Positions 7,629 through 11,364 of a DNA stretch of 11,364 nt are shown here, one piece after another. The position numbers were made by a program, and so were the translations under genes. This DNA comes from Verrucomicrobiota bacterium (GTDB taxonomy: Bacteria > Verrucomicrobiota > Lentisphaeria > UBA2565 > JAYEIY01), in NCBI GenBank assembly GCA_034660375.1, contig JAYEIY010000142.1:1-11364 (forward strand), in the 5' to 3' direction. How positions within the stretch are numbered: position 1 is the first letter of the stretch; each line of letters starts with the position of its first letter. The notes below the pieces were generated by a model that saw only the letters and a program-made list of their open reading frames with translations, was not told the origin of the DNA and made no database searches.

Positions 7629-7855
7629 TCCTTCGCCCTTAATTATTCTGTCACTTAATCATTCTGTCAATCTGTCCTTCGCCCTTTCCTATCTTTTGCC
7701 CTTAATTATTCCCGCTCTACGAGCTAAGAAATACTTGCATTCGCAAATACCGTTCGAGGGCTCACTTTCCTGCCACTTAATCATTCTGTCAATCTGTCCT
7801 TCGCCCTTAATTATTCTGTCAATCTGTCCTTCGCCCTTAATCATTCTCTTGATTT
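7629..7855. repeat. Composite intergenic repeat block: CTTCGCCC modules, reverse-oriented iterons (AATTATTCTGTCACTTAATCATTCTGTCAATCTG), and the fourth copy of the 61-bp element (7722-7772)
   Basis: Direct sequence identity to 2676-3120 modules: ccgctctacgagctaagaaatacttgcattcgcaaataccgttcgagggctcactttcctg. Confidence 0.9.
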
Positions 7856-8755
7856 TTACCAAAGTTTGGTTTTTCCCGTAGAAAAAATTGCTTTGAGATT
7901 ATTGCTTTGTGTTGAACTAGAAGCCTTAAATGCTAAAGAGATAAATTGTTCTACCTGCTTGTCTGTATCTTTTATTTTCTTGATTTTCTTAAAATCTTTT
8001 GCTTCTATATATTCATAAATTATTCCGCTAGGATAGACATCCTTTATGTACATAATATGAATTTTTATTATTTCCCAATTGTTTTCAAGCAAGCGACAAG
8101 TAATAATCCCTGTTTTTCCCGACAAGGTATTTACAAGTGTATCTACTTTTCTCTGGAGCCCACTTACGCTAGTTCCAAAGGCATTCTGCAAGACTTTTGC
8201 ATCAAGGACAATTTCTGTAGAAGCAATACTCGCAATGACTTTGTTACAGGATCTATTTACATGTGGGAGGACTTCTGATGTAAGTTTTTTAATAACTTCT
8301 CTTTTAGCATTGTCTTCTCCTACAACTCTTTCACTCATAGCAGTAATTTGTTCACGAGCCAACAAGTATTCTCTATTTAATCTGACAGATAGATCCAATT
8401 GTCCTTTGTAGACATAGTATGATGCATATTTATTAAATAGTTTATTATCACAATCCATATCAACTGTTACAAAAGGAGTCTCAGTTACAACGAGTTTAAA
8501 TCCAAGTCTGGCAATCTCACCCTCGACTTTCCTGACTAAATCATTGTCATTGCCTTCAACTTTAAGAGGAATTTTTCTTGGTTGAATTGATGCAATTTTT
8601 TGTAGTCCAAGCAAGCCACCTGAGTCACTTTTAGCTTGTGCAGTTCTTATAATTACTGCTGTTTGAGCTGTTGCTACAGTCTGCTCAACTCTTTTGGGAG
8701 TACGAGCGCAACCTACGAATACGAGTACTGCGATTAATAAAACTAGATTTCTCAT
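7856..8755 (-). CDS. Lipoprotein of unknown function (signal peptide MRNLVLLIAVLVFVGC, lipobox VFVGC)
   Basis: 299-aa ORF. ATG is 8 nt after AAGGAGA. Starts 14 bp downstream of the stop of the 8770..9990 gene, so probably co-transcribed with it. No recognisable catalytic motifs. Confidence 0.7.
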   Translation of the reverse strand: MRNLVLLIAVLVFVGCARTPKRVEQTVATAQTAVIIRTAQAKSDSGGLLGLQKIASIQPRKIPLKVEGNDNDLVRKVEGEIARLGFKLVVTETPFVTVDMDCDNKLFNKYASYYVYKGQLDLSVRLNREYLLAREQITAMSERVVGEDNAKREVIKKLTSEVLPHVNRSCNKVIASIASTEIVLDAKVLQNAFGTSVSGLQRKVDTLVNTLSGKTGIITCRLLENNWEIIKIHIMYIKDVYPSGIIYEYIEAKDFKKIKKIKDTDKQVEQFISLAFKASSSTQSNNLKAIFSTGKTKLW

Positions 8756-8769
8756 TTGTTTCTCCTTTA

Positions 8770-9990
8770 TTATCTTATTTGAGTCATTTTTTTAAGAATA
8801 AAAATTGCCAACACAAGGGCAATCAACGCAGCGACAACACCACCTGCAATCATTAAAATAGTCTTGTTATCTTTAATTGCTTTTTTTACTTTATAATCGG
8901 GGGTACGCTCAGCTGTATCAATAAATTGACCAGTTACTGTCTTGCCCCAGAGAAGTTGATTATTTTTAAAATTTCTTAGCGAAAATGCAACTGTTATACT
9001 ATATTCTTTCTGATCTTTTGCTTTATTGTCTTTCTGTTCAAGATTTTTTACTACTCCGGTCATATAAAGATTTTCTTTTGAAATTTTAGTTGTAACTCCG
9101 GAAGCACCGCTTTCCGTTCCTATATCAAAAACCTGCTCGACCTGCTTCATCATTCTTTTTATCTCCCGCATATCCGGTAGAGTTCCGGAACCTGCACCCG
9201 CAAGATCCAATGCAATAGAATGTGCAACTCTTTTATTTTGTGGATTTGAAGGACTAGAGAAAAATGCAAGCTTTGTGTTCCCAACAGCCACAATCTCTGA
9301 CAAAATAGTATCTGTAAGCTGATCTGCTTTTTCTCCAATAAGAGGAAGTACAAAAACATTGCCGTCAGGAATTTGTGATATTTTTTCCTGCAAATCTTTC
9401 AAAGCATTTTGACCAAGATTTTCCGCTGCAAAAAGTAGGCCTTTTGAAATATTTTCCAGTTTCATTATTTTATGCTCGCCAACTATATTTCCTGACCACA
9501 GTATCTTTTGAGATCTTAGATCCTGTAGAGTCAATGTAACCCTAAAGATTCCAGAACCATCTACAACCGTGGCCTCAAGAACTTTTCCATACAAATATGC
9601 TTCTACACCTTGTTTTTTGGTCTTTTCCAATGAAAGAAAAGTATCAAGATCAATTGTTGATTCCTGTCCCATAAGAGCTAACTCAAGCTCAGACCCTGAA
9701 AATGCATCAGTTTCCATTTCCGACATCCTACGTTCGGCTTCATCTCTTGTAATAAATTCATACTCTCCAGGAACCCTTAACAATCCTCCCCTAAACACAA
9801 AGTTCATCTCCTTTGCACCCGCAATTCCTAGAAATGCGATTTTTTTGACATCCACCTTGCGTTTTGTCAACTCCTTGATTGTTTTGAATGCCGCATCTTC
9901 CGCTGCATAGTCAATCTCTCTTTCCGCCGCCGAGATTAAAAATCCAGCACACACGAGTAACACCATTAATACTTTTCTTGCTTGTTTCAT
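8770..9990 (-). CDS. Exported protein of unknown function with an N-terminal signal peptide and a C-terminal transmembrane anchor (ILMIAGGVVAALIALVLAIFIL)
   Basis: 406-aa ORF. ATG is 8 nt after GGAGG. Hydrophobic N-terminus MKQARKVLMVLLVCAGFLISAA. Ends with tandem stops TAA TAA. Confidence 0.7.
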   Translation of the reverse strand: MKQARKVLMVLLVCAGFLISAAEREIDYAAEDAAFKTIKELTKRKVDVKKIAFLGIAGAKEMNFVFRGGLLRVPGEYEFITRDEAERRMSEMETDAFSGSELELALMGQESTIDLDTFLSLEKTKKQGVEAYLYGKVLEATVVDGSGIFRVTLTLQDLRSQKILWSGNIVGEHKIMKLENISKGLLFAAENLGQNALKDLQEKISQIPDGNVFVLPLIGEKADQLTDTILSEIVAVGNTKLAFFSSPSNPQNKRVAHSIALDLAGAGSGTLPDMREIKRMMKQVEQVFDIGTESGASGVTTKISKENLYMTGVVKNLEQKDNKAKDQKEYSITVAFSLRNFKNNQLLWGKTVTGQFIDTAERTPDYKVKKAIKDNKTILMIAGGVVAALIALVLAIFILKKMTQIR

Positions 9991-10035
9991 CTTACTACCT
10001 CCATTTTTGTTAGTTAATTGGTTAATTGGTTTGAT

Positions 10036-10068
10036 TTGACAGAATAATTATGTGACAGAATAATTAAG
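10036..10068. repeat. Forward-oriented double iteron TTGACAGAATAATTATGTGACAGAATAATTAAG, between the vapC stop and the start of the 406-aa gene
   Basis: Same 13-mer / 16-bp period architecture as 6676-6840. Confidence 0.85.
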
Positions 10069-10171
10069 TGCTTTTTTTACTACTTCTTCTACTTTGTCCA
10101 TCTCTACAATAACCTGCCTGAGTTCCGCACTTATGCGGATTATAGTATAATAAAGCTAATTAAAAAGAAAT

Positions 10172-10558
10172 TTAATAAAGCAAAAGTCCATCAATATTCT
10201 TAAAGTGCTTATCAAGTGTAAACAATGCTAACCCATATTGAATAGTTGTTGCTGCAATCCAAATATCATTGGTGGGAATAGGTTTGCCTTTTTCTTTCAA
10301 CTGCTTAAAAACAGAAGCATAAATTTCGGATGTTGTTTCATATAAAGACAAAAAATCAACACGTGGAGTATCTAGAAATTCCTCCAAGTAATAAATATTC
10401 TGTTTTTCTTTATTTCCCAATTAAAAACCAGAATAAATTTCTCCTAAAATTATTGCCGAAATGCCTATGTACTCTGTAGATTTTTATACCTTTATCACTT
10501 CAGGATTATTTCTCTTGAATTCAGAATAAATATTAGTGTCTATTAATATTTTTTTCAT
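10172..10558 (-). pseudogene. vapC: vapC-like PIN-domain toxin interrupted by two in-frame TAA codons (10484-10486 and 10421-10423), with no frameshift
   Basis: Conceptual translation in one frame: MKKILIDTNIYSEFKRNNPEVIKV*KSTEYIGISAIILGEIYSGF*LGNKEKQNIYYLEEFLDTPRVDFLSLYETTSEIYASVFKQLKEKGKPIPTNDIWIAATTIQYGLALFTLDKHFKNIDGLLLY. Typical VapC motifs: ILIDTN, SAI.LGE, NDIWIAATA. Its ATG overlaps the vapB stop as ATGA. Confidence 0.7.
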
Positions 10559-10812
10559 TTCCAAAGCCCCTTGTCAATTTGAGAAAAAGATTTGGTATTT
10601 GCATTAAATTCTTTATATTCTTCTTCTGTCCAGGTTCCCGCTAAACTATCTAAGTCGTCATATTTTACCGAAAACTGTTTTTTAGATACTTCTGTTCCCT
10701 GTCTCAATATTTTAAGAACACAAGAGTTCAAACTCGTATTTGTTTTTCTTGCTTTATCCTTTAATGTGTTAACTAACTCAGCATCAATACTTTTAATTGT
10801 TAGTGTTGACAT
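10555..10812 (-). CDS. vapB: VapB-family antitoxin (ribbon-helix-helix N-terminus, C-terminal toxin-binding tail with LAGTWTEEEYKEF motif)
   Basis: 85 aa, MSTLTIKSIDAELVNTLKDKARKTNTSLNSCVLKILRQ (FitA/RHH-like). Stop TGA overlaps the vapC start (ATGA). SD GGGGAG 8 nt upstream. Confidence 0.75.
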   Translation of the reverse strand: MSTLTIKSIDAELVNTLKDKARKTNTSLNSCVLKILRQGTEVSKKQFSVKYDDLDSLAGTWTEEEYKEFNANTKSFSQIDKGLWK

Positions 10813-10850
10813 AATATATTCTCCCCTGTTTTGTTTGTTAACTGCTTTTT

Positions 10851-10882
10851 ATTGACAGAATTATCAAGAGCTAAGAAGCTCT
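10851..10882. repeat. Single forward iteron module ATTGACAGAATTATCAAGAGCTAAGAAGCTCT upstream of vapB
   Basis: Matches the TTGACAGAAT..ATTAAGAGC module family. Confidence 0.75.
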
Positions 10883-10917
10883 ATTTTGTATTATTCTTTG
10901 TATTCTTGAACCTATAT

Positions 10918-10981
10918 CTATGGTAACTCGCTCCTCGCAACCATAGGCTGTATTATTCATATCCCACCGCGATGCGGTGGG
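10918..10981 (+). other. GC-rich structured segment: stem-loop CTATGGT-(15 nt)-ACCATAG (10918-10946) and an 8-bp GC hairpin CCCACCGC-gat-GCGGTGGG (10963-10981)
   Basis: Inverted repeats read directly. Unusually GC-rich for this window. Confidence 0.5.
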
Positions 10982-10992
10982 CTACGGTGAAT

Positions 10993-11013
10993 ATCCCCGT
11001 TGGGGATTTTTTT
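10993..11013 (+). terminator. Rho-independent terminator-like hairpin ATCCCC-gtt-GGGGAT followed by T7, plus-strand orientation
   Basis: Stem 6 bp, loop 3 nt, then run of 7 T. On the minus strand it is preceded by the A-run, not followed by U-run. Confidence 0.55.
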
Positions 11014-11241
11014 CTTATCCACGTTCCACGATAACACCGTATTCATCCCTAAAAGGGATATCTCAATAAGTTCCCATTCCAAAGACCTTCCATTTATGAT
11101 TTTTTTTATACCTAATAGATAAATACATTAATTTGTATCCTTATTTTTCTAATCTTTTGTTCTTCAAAAATTCCTATATCAAAAGTACCTAATGTCTTTT
11201 TATTGAAACTTGTTTTTTGTTTTTGACCTGAAAGGTTATTT

Positions 11242-11277
11242 TATATTAGCCCAGGGTTTAAACCCTGGGTTAATATA
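11242..11277. other. 36-bp near-perfect palindrome TATATTAGCCCAGGGTTT|AAACCCTGGGTTAATATA (core 20-bp perfect palindrome 11250-11269)
   Basis: Reverse complement of the left half equals the right half except for one position. Confidence 0.8.
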
Positions 11278-11287
11278 AAAAATATAG

Positions 11288-11308
11288 TTTGCCCTGCAAG
11301 GGCATTTT
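11288..11308. terminator. Hairpin GCCCT-gca-AGGGC flanked by TTT and ATTTT; possible bidirectional terminator closing a minus-strand ORF that enters from beyond the window end
   Basis: 5-bp GC stem with T-tracts on both sides. The minus strand shows an ORF tail ...FLKKYNIDYDEKYVWD* ending at 11314. Confidence 0.4.
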
Positions 11309-11364
11309 ATAAATTAATCCCATACATATTTTTCATCGTAATCTATATTGTATTTCTTCAGGAA

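Noticed and set aside
305-10486. Global reassignment of TAA to a sense codon explaining the three in-frame TAAs
   Set aside because: The 406-aa gene ends in tandem TAA TAA, the lipoprotein gene would gain only 4 codons, and read-through of the SPFH gene gives low-complexity nonsense. TAA behaves as a normal terminator here.
2676-10882. Integron cassette array with attC sites
   Set aside because: The repeats are conserved in primary sequence and occur as direct iterons. No RYYYAAC / GTTRRRY core pairs or imperfect long hairpins were found at gene 3' ends.
10960-11013. tRNA gene or fragment in the GC-rich hairpin region
   Set aside because: There is no cloverleaf arrangement and no GTTCRANYC T-loop (the nearest is GGTGAATATCC). 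It is best described as stem-loops plus a terminator.
11314-11364. Partial minus-strand CDS tail (...FLKKYNIDYDEKYVWD*) entering from the right edge
   Set aside because: Only 16 codons are visible. That is too short to support a gene call, although the downstream hairpin at 11291-11303 is consistent with a gene end.

Overview
AT-rich (~33% GC) accessory-looking segment. Every supportable gene lies on the minus strand, and most genes have Shine-Dalgarno sites (GGAGG/AAGGAG) 7-9 nt before the start.

Gene content, right to left on the minus strand:
- vapB antitoxin, then a vapC PIN toxin disrupted by two in-frame TAA codons.
- A two-gene exported-protein operon: a 406-aa secreted/anchored protein followed by a 299-aa lipoprotein.
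- A GxxExxY-type PD-(D/E)XK protein.
- A zinc-ribbon SPFH/band-7 protein with a long coiled coil.
- A zinc-ribbon FHA-domain protein.
- A large transmembrane Hanks-type Ser/Thr kinase with an extracytoplasmic helical-repeat region and a C-terminal FGE-sulfatase / C-type-lectin-fold domain.

The last ~210 nt of the kinase gene (about 41-250) shift abruptly to GC-rich sequence. On the coding strand this stretch is adenine-depleted and rich in NNC codons (AGC, AAC, TGC, CGC, TAC, TCC) over the canonical ...RGGxW...GFRVV scaffold. That is the signature of a diversity-generating-retroelement (DGR) variable region. No template repeat or reverse transcriptase is in the window; they would be expected beyond the left edge. 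The FGE domain is interrupted by one in-frame TAA at 305-307.

Almost every intergenic gap between the genes is built from one modular repeat family, present in both orientations:
- GACAGAAT-N-ATTA iterons with 16-bp spacing.
- CTTCGCCC and AAGAGCAAAAGAT motifs.
- A conserved 61-bp element present four times.
- A perfect 55-bp x3 tandem repeat carrying T8 tracts.
This gives the region a cassette-like organisation that is neither CRISPR-like nor integron-attC-like.

The right end (10900-11320) has GC-rich hairpins, a plus-strand intrinsic terminator, a 36-bp near-perfect palindrome and a second hairpin terminator. No rRNA, tRNA or CRISPR array could be supported.
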